DNA from: the human T2T-CHM13v2.0 reference genome, Homo sapiens
Reading direction: 5' to 3' (one strand)
DNA length: 64,000 nucleotides
Assembly (NCBI RefSeq): GCF_009914755.1
Contig: NC_060925.1
Translations under genes and position numbers: made by a program
Notes under the pieces: model-generated
The model's database searches: none
Told to the model about the DNA's origin: nothing
The model's input: the letters and a program-made list of their open reading frames with translations, nothing else
Shown here: positions 42,601-54,016 of the stretch, one piece after another
How the letters are laid out: each line of letters opens with the position of its first letter
Position numbering within the stretch: the stretch's first letter is position 1

Positions 42601-45600
42601 AGGAGACTCCCCCAGGGTCACTAGCAATCAAGGGGCAGACCTTATTTTGAAGAGCCTCAAGACAGTGTTGGAAAGAAAACATGATGGTATCTGCATGTGA
42701 GAACTCATGCAGCATTTACTGGCATCTCAGCACCATAAGACAGGGCAAGAAAAAAGAAAAAGAATTTACTGGCATCTCACATGTGTTGAGAGCTTACCAT
42801 ATGTTCAACCTTGCAGGAAAAACAAGAACATCAAACACAGCTCCTCCTTTACAGGCTACAGGCTCCTTGAGACTGGGCTGTACTTCATTCCCAAACTTCC
42901 TGGACACTCACTTGGAGCCAGCCCTGTGCTGGCCATACGGGGTTCAAGGATAATGACACTCTGCCCCTGTCTTCAAGGACGCATAAGTAAATAGGAAATT
43001 GCCATAGAGTATGAGCAGGGCTATGGCAAAAGGAAGGGTAATAAGAAAGGGAAGACTTCAAAGAGGAGGTGGCATTTGAGCTGGGTCTTAAAGAATCAGT
43101 AGGGTCAATCTGGTGGAATGGAAGGGAGGGAAAGCCCTTCCTAGAGGTTCTGTTTACCATTTACATGGTAGTCCTAACAATAATAATTATTATAATCCCA
43201 AGATTAATTGAGCATTTACCATGTGCCAGTCTGTTTTTTAAGCACTTATACATGTGTTAACACATTCCACCCTCACAACAGCCTTGGAGATCATTACTAT
43301 TATTATCCTCATGTCACAGATAAGAAAATTGAGACCCAAAAAGCTCCCTAACTTGCCAAGGTCCCCAAGTTAGTACACAGAGCCAGGATTCGAACCTAGT
43401 GGCCTGGTTCCACACCCATGCCCTCAATCAGCACCCTATACATTTCTTATATACAAACTTCATGCCAGACTTTGTGCTGGACACAAGAATACAAAGATGA
43501 ATCTTTGAATATTATCTATTTTTCCACTTGTTCCAAAAATGATTTAAGGAGGCACAAAGATGAATAAAAAGAAGCCCACAGATTATAAGAAAAGAAGGCC
43601 AGGTAAAGAGTAAATTCCAGGTCTAAGGCCGCATAAGGAAAAGTCTGCTGCCACAAGCAGACATCAGCAAGAGATGGAACTGGCCCGGCACAAAGGCCTT
43701 GAATGCCAGATCAAAGGGCTCAGATTTTTCCCATTGGCCAGCTGGCTGTCAATCTACATGCCAAGTATAATTTCACAGATCTTTAAAGCATGTACCAAGA
43801 ACTATCTGTAGGACAAACTGATGTCTCTACAGATGTGTGTAGATGCTGTCGTGGTGGATAAAGTACATATCTACTTAAAAGAGCTCTTGAAATTAGCAGT
43901 TACCTAAACCTCATTAGGTATATTCTGCTTCAAGAGATACTAAAAGTATAGATGCTGTCACGTGGACAGTGGAAAGATTTTTGTCCTTATACTTAGAACA
44001 TTTGGATACCCCTGCTGTCAGGGATGGGAAGTAACACAGAGGTTTTAAGCGAGAAGTTCTACGGACTTGAGGTCTGGGATTTTTGCTCCGCATCCACCCG
44101 CGGACCCCTCCTCACCAAGCCGCTCGATCTGTTTGAAATCATCCGTTTGAAGGCCCAAAGAAGAGCCTGCCCCAACGAGAAGCCCTAGCACAGAGATGTT
44201 CTCACAAAGAGCGCTCCGTAAGTACAAATGACTGTTTGATCAATCATTTGGCCTCAGCGTGGGATTTGGTTAGAATTAAAGCCATCTGGCTGGGGTTGAC
44301 GGGGGGTACGGAGGGAGGAGACAAGCAGGCGGGAAAAAGACCCACCCCCCTCCCCCAAAAAGCATTGTTAAAACAGGGAAAAATAGTAAAGTTCCTGCTG
44401 TTATTTCAGCCTAAGCCACTTAATCCATCAGCACATAAAGCAACTTATTTTATGACCTTTTCCCTTTAAAAAATAAATCAGAAGACGATGCCTTGAATTC
44501 ACATATCTCTGAAGCACACTACTCATCCCTCCCAGTGAAATATCCTGTTTCATAAACCTTCTTCGAGATACTTGAAACTGCAGATCACTAAATGCTTTGC
44601 TTTAGGCATCTGACATTCCAGAGAATTAATATTTAAACTTATTATAGGAAAAAAGAATTGAGTTTGGTTGAAGCATGAAATATTTAATAGTGTCTCCAAA
44701 TTAGAAACCCTATTTTGTTTCGCGCTGGAAATGCCACGATATTACCTGGGCTTTGCACTCAAATAAGATAAAATGCAAAGGCAGTCTTGAGATTAAACAC
44801 ACAATTACAGCCGTTTTCTCCAGAGAGATGGGGAGTGAGACAGGTTTGGGGAGTGGAAGTGATTGAGTTTCATTTTTACGATATGCTTAAAATTATATTA
44901 TCATTCTCTGCCTTGAGGGTTGGACTTGAGACTGCTGAAGCTACTTAACCACCGAAAACGGTGTCAAAATCAGTGACTCCGCGGAGGCCTATTCTCAGGC
45001 TCTTTAAACCGTCGTCTTGGGATGGGCCCAGTGACAAGCAAAAAACTCCGTAACTTTCTCTGCTTGCTAGGACAAAAGTATTCGGTGGTTTAGGATAAAA
45101 ATTAAGCTCCAACTGACACAGTGGATCCTGGCAACCTCTGCCGGCACGTGTAATTTATTTACAGGGTTGGAAAGTTGGCAAAATACATCATCAACTCTTA
45201 CACAAACTTCTACTAGGTATTAAATACCCAACCCTCTGAGAAGTAATTCATATAGTCCAGCAGCGTTCCAAAATAAACCCAATCTCCAGTCCTCCGGAGA
45301 GCTTAAAACAGCAAATGGGATCTGTATTTTTCAAGTCAGGTTTATAGTACTCCCTGGTTTCTTGCTAAAGCCTGATTTCTAGCAAACCTGTTATTTAAAA
45401 ACAAAGGTAACATCTAAAAGAGTAATCTGGTTGCTAAAAAGACACAAATAGGAACAGGCTGGGCTGTACGGCAGGCAGGGCCATCCCTTGTACTTCATTC
45501 ACTCCCCTTCAGACACAGCGGCACGTAGGAAGGCAAAAACACCTCGGACCAGAACGGCTCCTGCAAGTCCATCTTCAGAATCAGTATGACTCCCTGAGAA

Positions 45601-48600
45601 TGTACACATTCTCATGAATGCACGTGCAAGGCCACAGATGCAACCAGCCGTGGGACCTTTACCTTCCATAGGGGGGGTCATCTAGCTCATTCATCATTTG
45701 ACACAAAAGACCCATTTCTCACAAGCAAACTCTCAAGTCACTCTGATCCCCAGCCTGTTCTCCCTCCCAAGCCCTACTTCATCCCACCAAGTGTTTAACA
45801 AGAAATAATTGTTTAATAGATCCCTGAGCCAACATGCTTGGGGAAGCACGTATTCTATAACCAGGCATGGTGGGGATCTTGAGGAATTCTCGTCCAACAG
45901 ATGTCTTTGAAAGCCATAGAGGGGAGACTACGACCGGGGCCTTGGCAAGGAATCTCCCCATATGGCAAGAAAGACTCAGACAGGGACTACTACCTGCAAT
46001 AACCAGTCAGGACGGGAGTTGCCACTGCTTCTGAGAAGCGGTCCCTCCTAGGGGCCCCCTCCATGGCCTCAGAGAGTCTTTTTCCAGACCCCAGATTCCT
46101 GAGGATCTTGAGTCACTGGGAACATTCTCCTTTCCCTAGTTCTGCAGGGGGAGAGGAGCAGTGCCCTACGGAGGCAGAGTATCCCCTGTAAGTCGCACCT
46201 CAGCCTGTTGGCTGAGACTGAGAAAGGGGTGCTCTGGGATGTGGCTGTCTGGGCCCCCTGCAGCCTCCTGCTGCCTTCCTTTGGGCTTCCTTGGGGGCGC
46301 GCAGCTCTCTAGAGCCGCACCCTCTCCTTCCCAGCCGCCTGGGTTTAAGAAGCTGGTCCTGGAGAGTGGTGTATTTTCAGAGGAAAGTACTGGCTCTGCT
46401 GTCAGACAGACCTGGGTTCAAATTCCAGGCTCTGTTGCTTACTACATGCACAACCTTGGACAAATCACTTTGCCTTTCCAAGCCTCAGTCCCCCCATCTT
46501 TAAAATTAGAACAGTGCCTCCTTTCTTCCTAGGGCTGCTGGGCATAATTAAATGTGATCACGTCTCTAAAGCATCTCACCTGGCACAGAACAGCCGCTCA
46601 CTAAAGGTTAGTTGACCTCCCTCTTCCCCATTCTTTCTGTGTTCATCTTTAGCAGTCAAGAGTTCCAGTGTATAACCTGGTCTGAGACAAAAGTGGCCTC
46701 TTCCTACACCCCAGATCCTTCCAAACCTTCCCAGCCCAGTCAGTGTGGAATCCTGGAGTATCAGCAGGCAGGGACTATGGATCATCCAACTGAACTGCTC
46801 TCCATTTTACAGATGGGAAAACCAAGGCTCAAAGCACAGGGCACGGCCCACTTGCAAAGATGCTACGCAATGGCTCATGTGTTAGCTCCAGGCAGGCCCA
46901 ACCATAACCACCAAATAAATTCAGGCCATCCAGGAAATGCGTTATTCAGTTAACAGACTAAAGGTCTCTTCTCAGCGCATCTGACTCAAATGCTAACTTT
47001 AAAAACACAGCTCGTAATGCTAACACGATCCGCCTCGATCCACCGGAAACCTACTGAAGGAATAATCCTTTGGAGTTTAAGGGGGAAAAAGGGCAAAAGA
47101 AGAAAACATGCTTTAAGTGACTTTCAACTCTGAGACCACTGGGTTAGGGTTGTATTCTCTCCACCCCTACCCAGCCCAGCCTTCGGCTTTCTTTCAGTTT
47201 CTTATAAATATGGCTTTGGGAGACCAAAGTAGCCACAAAACTACTTTTCCCCCTCTTTTCTGCTTTCCTTACTCAGTAACTCAGCTGTCAGTCCCTGGAC
47301 TTTGCTTCCAATGCTGAAAGCTTTTTTTTTTTTTTCATTGTAAACTATTAATTTGGGCAGTGGCTGCTGATAAACAAGAAGTCCATTTTTAAACTGCTAG
47401 AATCATTAGCACAGTGAAGGCGAGCAGCACAAATATTTCAGGAGTTTGGTCTTTTTTCCTGGCCCTGGTATTACAGCTGTGCTTTTTGCATAATGCAGTC
47501 CAAGTTTTCAAAGCCCACTGCAAACTTTGTTTCATTTCTTCTCCCCCTTGAACTGAATGTCTTTGTTTCTTTAAATATAAAAATAAACTACCCCCTACCA
47601 AAAGAAACCACACAATTCTCTAGGTCCAAAATAATTGCAACGGAAATCTATATTAAAAAAAAAAAATAACAAACCACACATTATAATTTAACTTTGAATA
47701 TAACCGTATATGTAAGGTGAGGTTGCTGAAATACTACCACATCGTGTTGAAAACAGAATTCTTTTCCAAGACAATTGAGAGAAGGAAGGGAAATTATCCT
47801 CAGCGATAGTCACTGGTCGACTTCCCAATAAAGTTTATTTGTTTGTTATTTTTTCCCCTAATCCTATCCAAAACAGATTGAAAACCCTGTCCCAAACTTT
47901 AGTTTCTCCCCTCTTCCAGGATACTGGCCAAACTCCACAAAGTAAAACCGAAGAAAATGATGATAATTATGCAACATTCAGAACAAAGAACATAAGAATA
48001 TATTTTTTTAAGTGATTCATTGTGCACTTATGCCTGTAATGGGATTTTAACGCACTGTAAAAATAAGTGTGCTGGCTCACTAAGCTTCTCACGCAAATGA
48101 AATGCAGGGAGATGAGTAACTCTGAGATGAGGTTCATTTTGTTTTTTGTTTTTTGTTTTTCAGAAAAAGAAGGATGAAGAAAAATCATAGCATATAAAGA
48201 AATTTACATTTTTAAATCACAGATGGAGCAACATAGACTATCGATGTGATTCCACAGCTCTGAAGCTCTGCAGACCTCAGTCCAGCTAAGCACGCTACAG
48301 GTAAACTACTCAGAAACAACTAAGCCTAAATTAAATTACGATCTCACGTGATGGTCCCCTTGCCATTTTGCCCACAGAGTCCTAGCTTCTAGAAAGCTTG
48401 AGAGGCAGGAAGGGAAGAGGAATTCTAGCCGCCCGAGATTCTTAGGGAATCTTTGGGAATTATATTTCCGCTACATGTCTATAAAAGATTTGTCGGATAC
48501 ATAACTCTTATGACTGTAGACGCAACATGTTCCTATCTCATTTTTTACCCACACACATACTTGTTTCTCTTTGTCTCACTGAGCCTGACATTTGGCCAGC

Positions 48601-48754
48601 AGGTTTTTCTCCCCCTTATTTGAAACTTCATGCACTGAAAAAATTTGGATCTGATTATTTCCGGATCGCAGGACCAGCACTTTAAAATGGATGAAATGCA
48701 AGCAAATTGCCCACCGGAGCCGGAGGGGAGAAATGCTTTAAAAGTCACTCATAC

Positions 48755-49056
48755 CTTTCTATGAGGGATGCGCTAGCCTTCCAAGGCCTCCCCAGAACAT
48801 CACAGGAGCTTCTTATTCAGATGAAGAAATTCAACCAGGTGGTACCACCAAAACATCATGACTTACTGTCCACCGCCCCCACTCCGAGTCCATGCGCACA
48901 ATCTACAATTCCTTTTTTTTTTTTTTCAAGTTACAAGACTGACTGCTTTTTGGCATTTACAGCCATGATGGCTGTTTTTATAACGGCGGGGTTCACATTT
49001 GTCGTGATCAACCTCTTTTTTATTGCAAGGATGCATCCAGTCTCAGTACACAGTGA
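48755..49056 (-). other. GLIS1: Probable alternative non-coding first exon of GLIS1 (short isoform)
   Basis: Strong donor AAAG|GTATGA after 48755; Inr-like TTCACT around 49054; TATTTAA at 49087-49081; non-repetitive sequence. Consistent with my recollection that the shorter GLIS1 transcript starts ~4 kb inside the long one. A second good donor, ACA|GTAAGT, follows 48867. Confidence 0.6.
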
Positions 49057-52000
49057 AAGGGCCCAGTGAGTCACTGTAAATTAAATAGTGACCTCATTAT
49101 CTGGTTTGGTGTGGGAACAGCAACTCTGGACAAATGGAATCATGTGGTAAACTATAAAGTTTTCTAACTATGGCATAGATACTAGTTACCAATTCCCAAA
49201 GATGTGAGACAGTAGAAATACCAAAAGCAAAAGACATTTTTAAATTCTCTGGGAACGTTCAGAAGGCCTTCGTGTGAATGCCAGCTCTCGGCCGCCAACA
49301 CACACATGTAGAAGGTACAAGTTGTGGAACCAGAATCAAATATTTGCAGCTGGAAGCCTGGAAACTGCCACCTACTGTCTGCAGCTTTGAGCAAATCCCT
49401 GAACCTTAATGTCTGCATCTATAAAATGGGAATCACATTAATAACAGCCAGTATCTGCCCAGCACTTTACAGACTTCTACATCTGCTCCCTCACAAGAGC
49501 CCCCAAGGCAGGCAGAGCCCAGCTGGCGTGAGGGCAGACAAGAGGATGTGTGGGAACACGCTCTGAACACTGTAAAGCACCGTGCACAGAGAACAAGCGT
49601 CATCAGGCCATCACCACAAAGCTGTCCGCCTGCATAAAGCCCAGATGTTTACCTTCTTTCCTTGTCAGGACTTATAAAAGCAGAGTGTCGGGTGTTTAAT
49701 AATAGGAAAGAAAAATGCAGCATCTGGCAATTTGGCTTTTCCAGCTGTTTGGAATCTGGATAAACGGGACTCTGCCATAAACAGATCATGATTCTTATTG
49801 TAAATGATGACAATGTTAGTCCATGACATCACACCATCCCAGTGCCTCCCGATTCCAGATCAAATACACAGGCCCCAGACATTTATGGATAAACTACTAG
49901 GTTCAAGAACCCACTCTCTTCCTCTGCTTAGGGACTGTCTGAGGCAGGCGGCAGAGCATCTGAAACCTGACCCCAGGCTGAGCCATACTGTCTTCTCTCC
50001 GGTCACTGGGCAGCTGTGGCCACAAAAGACCTGAAGCTTGGCACCTCTCAGCCTCCCCTGGCTAGCACACCACAGTTAGCACCCTTCACATTCAGCATTT
50101 TAAAAATGTAACCTTGCTTCCTTCTCACTCTGTCCCCTTTATCTCAAGTGTCACTGACCCTTGCATGGGCCCTGCACGAATTAATAAAAGTGCCTCCTTC
50201 TACCTTTTTAGCTTATAAGGCATTCTTACAACTCTTGTTTTATTTACCCTGCAAGGTAGGCACCATTACCTCTCACGCAAATGAAAACCCAGAGGTTGAG
50301 AATGTGAAACAGGTTACAGTAGTAATCCTAAAAATAACCAGGCACTGAGGTGGCCCTTGCACATTCTTTATCACTAATGATCTCATCAGTCTTGCGAATT
50401 AAGTCTCAGGGTAAATTTACAAACGAAGGAACCAAAGGCTCAGAAGAGTAAAATCGATTCCCCCAAGTGCCACAGATCATAGATGGTGGGGTCTCACAAT
50501 TCCCAGCACAGTCAATACATATTTTTCAATTGGTATTTCTGTCTGTTTCCAATAAGCCTGAGAACTTGGAGCTAGACACCAAATATTCAAAGGGTTACAT
50601 GGTCTGGGACTATTTCGGTGGGAGTAGGGGCAGTAAGAAGGTGCCGTTTCCTCGCAGCATTTTTAAGGACGCTGAAGAACTGGGGGAAAGCTGGGTTTGT
50701 CTCGGGCCACTTGGTGACTGCACTGTGAGGAAAAGCTTGCCTATAGCAACACAGAGGCCAGCAGGGAAACCTCTCCAAGCCCAGGACCCTGAGCCTTCCC
50801 TTTCTCCCTAGGCCAGGTTAGGCCAGAGCTGTGGCTTCCCTAACCACTGCCCTACACATACCAAACACTTTCCCACCTTCAGGCCTCAGTTTCCTCACCC
50901 TTCAAATGAGTGGGATACATCCCACCACAACAGCCTCACTGGGAGGCTATGAAGAAAAGTTGTGAAACCTCTTGGAAAAAAGCTTCACCAGAGAGACCAG
51001 CTTAAGGTACAAAGAAAGAGGCTCTTCCTCCCATCCCTTTATTCTCCTCTGCCCTTTCCAAATGGAATCCTGACTTAAAGATCTTTTATTTTGGACATGT
51101 TTGGGGGCGTGCGTAAAAATAACTGGGGTTAGGGGGAATGGAAGTAGGAAGATCGTACACAAAGCCCCCAGGTGAAAGGTCTCACCATAGCGTGGAACAA
51201 AGATTATGTTCGGGAGAGCTGTTTGCTAGGTCTGCAGAGAACTCGATCTTCAGAGGACAGCCATGATTTTTTTAAACACAGAACGTTGCAGGAGGGTATC
51301 TATTTAAGGGAGGATTGTGTATGGAGCGGGGCAAGCCAGGGAGCTCCCGGCAGCAAACATTACTCATGTCTCGCTGCGCAGCGCTCCTCTCTGGTAAAAG
51401 AGACCTCATATGTGTGTATTCCAGCAATAACACTCAGCAGGCATTTCCCGCCCCTCCCCACTGTATCTGTCCTTCTAAAATATTATCTCTATCCCTTGAA
51501 AAAGAGGCTGGCATCTAAAACAAGGAGATGAGAAGTAGTTCTCTCTTACAAAGTCAAGTGTTTTCTTCAAAAAAGAAAAAAACTACTTATGTTTATTTCA
51601 TTTTACTAATCCCTGAACCAGGGAGTTGGGTGTTTTTGATCCACAAGGAGCTCTCAACTCTAAAAGTAGGCTGCCTACCCCTTCCGAGTTGTGAGGCTGA
51701 TGCTAGGAAGTGATGCCTATAACCGTAAAACCCAAACTGTTTTTGTCTTCCTTGAGAATCATCTGGAATGAGAACCAAGAGGTTCCAAATGCAGATATAG
51801 TCAAACCCCAAAGCCTTGGTTTCCCCTAAGGGAAAAAAAAAAGGGGGGAGGACGAGGACACAGCATCTTAACAATTTCTCCAATTCCTGGTTAATTATCT
51901 GTCAGCACGAAACTCATAAATAATGACTCAATAATAATTAACTGTGATGAGAAGAGCATGTTCCTGAAAATCCCAGCACCATCTCCGACTTTGAGCCCAT

Positions 52001-52657
52001 AAGCCATACTGGGACCCCCACCTTCCCGTGGCCAGCTTCACTGGGGGACGAAGGGACTTGCCAAGGAGCTTGTGACCCAAGACTAGGCTGCCGAAGCACC
52101 AAGTACAGAAAAGCCATGTTTAAGTTAGGACGTGACTAGGCTGGATTGCTGATGCAGAAAATTTTCCATCAGGAATCCAGAAATCATCTGGTTTAATTAA
52201 TTCCTCACTTGACAGATGGGGAAACTGAGGTCCCAAAAGGAGAGGGGTCTTGCTAAAGGCCTCTGGGTTTTGTCAGCTGAGGAGATTGAAATACTTCAAA
52301 CTATGCCTTGAGCTGCTCAGAAACAGATACCAATATATGCGTTGCTATTCGCCCTCATGTATAATAAAATTTTGACAAGTTTCTATGCAAGCTTTATCAG
52401 AAACACACAGAAGCAAAATTATGTAAGCTGAGAGCTTTCTATAAACACATTTCCCCAAACGGGGCTAATTGAATTTAAATTAGATGCTTCGCAAAGCAGG
52501 CATACTTTCACACTGACAAGCTAGTCCCAAACAATAAGAGAGAAACTGAGGAACTCCGAAGAAAGTTCCACCAAGCTCTCCCGAGCACGCGGTGGCGACG
52601 CCGGGCAGCCCGAATCTCCACAGGAGCCGCCAGGCACGTTGGCAGGGCCGAACTCAC

Positions 52658-52916
52658 CCTTCCCGGCGGCGGCGGCCTTGGATGGACCGTAGTCTCGGGG
52701 ACTGCGGGGCCGGAGGAGGTCGTGGGCGCGCGGTGGCGGCGCAGGCGGCCGGGCTAGCAGGTCCCGCGGGCCCCTGTCCCCGCAGCCGCCGCCACTCACG
52801 GTGACCCTGAAGGCCATGTGCGCGCCGAGGCTGGCGGGGCCGCGGTCGGGGCCGGGCGCACCAGGGGCCTCCTTAGGCCTCTTGTCCGAGTGTGCCTCAG
52901 CCACCTCGCAATGCAT
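52658..52916 (-). CDS. GLIS1: GLIS1 first coding exon (N-terminal 86 aa + 1 nt of the long isoform)
   Basis: Translation MHCEVAEAHSDKRPKEAPGAPGPDRGPASLGAHMAFRVTVSGGG...PRAHDLLRPRSPRDYGPSKAAAAGK matches the remembered human long-isoform/mouse Glis1 N-terminus. Start context gcgccATG at 52916; donor AAGG|GTGAGT after 52658 (phase 1, 259 coding nt). The ORF-track tail beyond GK is intron read-through. Confidence 0.95.
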
Positions 52917-52958
52917 GGCGCCGGGGCGGGGCGCACGGCTGGGGGTCGCGCCGGGCTC
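52917..52958 (-). other. GLIS1: 5'UTR part of GLIS1 exon 2 (42 nt); whole exon 52658-52958 = 301 nt
   Basis: Minus-strand acceptor ctgtctcccctccccAG|GAGCCC at 52960-52959, with a branch-point-like CTAAC at 52988-52984. Confidence 0.9.
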
Positions 52959-53956
52959 CTGGGGAGGGGAGACAGCACAGCCAGTTAGAATGCGGAAAGC
53001 GGCCCCCGTATTGTCCCGGGGCCGAGTTTGAGCAGGTCACTGCCCCTTCGGTGGATTGCGCGTCTTTAACATAGGTTAGCACCACGACACCTAGCCCAAT
53101 CAGAGGTCAAACCCACCTGATTCCACGCAAAAGCCCCCTCGCTCAGGAGCGGTTCGCCCTTCCCTGGTGTGGGGAGGACCCCAGGCCCCCGCGCCGCGGC
53201 GCATTACCGCGAAGTCCCACCCAAATCCTCCTCCACCGAAACCAGCCTCCTTTGCACGAATGGTGAAACTGAGGCCTGGAGCGGGTAAGGCGCCTGTTCC
53301 GCGTCCCCCAGTGGAACACGGAGCCGGCGGCAACGAGGATTCCCAGAGCAGGGCTCGGGCGAAGCCCCGGAGACGGCTCCGGGTAGGTCACGGGCTGCGC
53401 GCTTCGTCGACTCTCCGGGGCCGAGCTGCGCGCAGAAGCTGGGGACCCGAACCCAAAGGCCCGAGGGAAACCCCCAGAGACTCACCCGCGACCACCCGAA
53501 CCCGGAAAACAGGAGTCCCAAGCTGGGCGCTGAATCCTGCGACGCGAACCCATCACGCGCAGCCGGGACACCCACATTCCTATGCGCAGCGGAGGAATCG
53601 AGCCCGTCGCGCGCGCAAACCGGCACAGTGGGCAATGCCCACGCGGCCGCCGCCACACACCCGCACACCCGCCGAGGCACGCCCGGGGACGGACACGCCA
53701 CCCACACTGCCGCTGGTCAGACGCTCAGCAGCGCACAACCACACAGTCCCACGCTCTCGCCACACGCGCGTGCGATGGGGGCCGCGACAGAGCCTCCCTC
53801 AGCCCTTCCATCAGGGGCCCCCAAACTCTCCGTTCCCCTCCGCGCTCCCTGCGCCATCCCCAAGCTGCCGGGGTTCGAGCGTCGCCGGGACGCCAGCCTC
53901 GGATCTCGGGCCCCGCACACGCCCCTCCCTCGGCCGCGGGCCGCGCCCCCTCTCAC

Positions 53957-54016
53957 CTCGCAGCGGCAGCTGCAGATCGCTGGGCGCCCGGCTCGGCGCG
54001 CCTCCACTGGCGCAGC
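53957..54016 (-). other. GLIS1: GLIS1 non-coding exon 1 (5' end approximate)
   Basis: Donor CGAG|GTGAGA after 53957 inside the CpG island, just downstream of GC and CCAAT boxes; no ATG in the exon. The TSS cannot be fixed from sequence alone. Confidence 0.75.

Noticed and set aside
52011-52022. GGGACCCCCAC as a GLIS site
   Set aside because: Only five Cs; the GLIS core needs GACCCCCC.
52521-52657. C-terminal part of the 131-aa ORF (GEFGPANV...)
   Set aside because: Lies beyond the GTGAGT donor; intron read-through.
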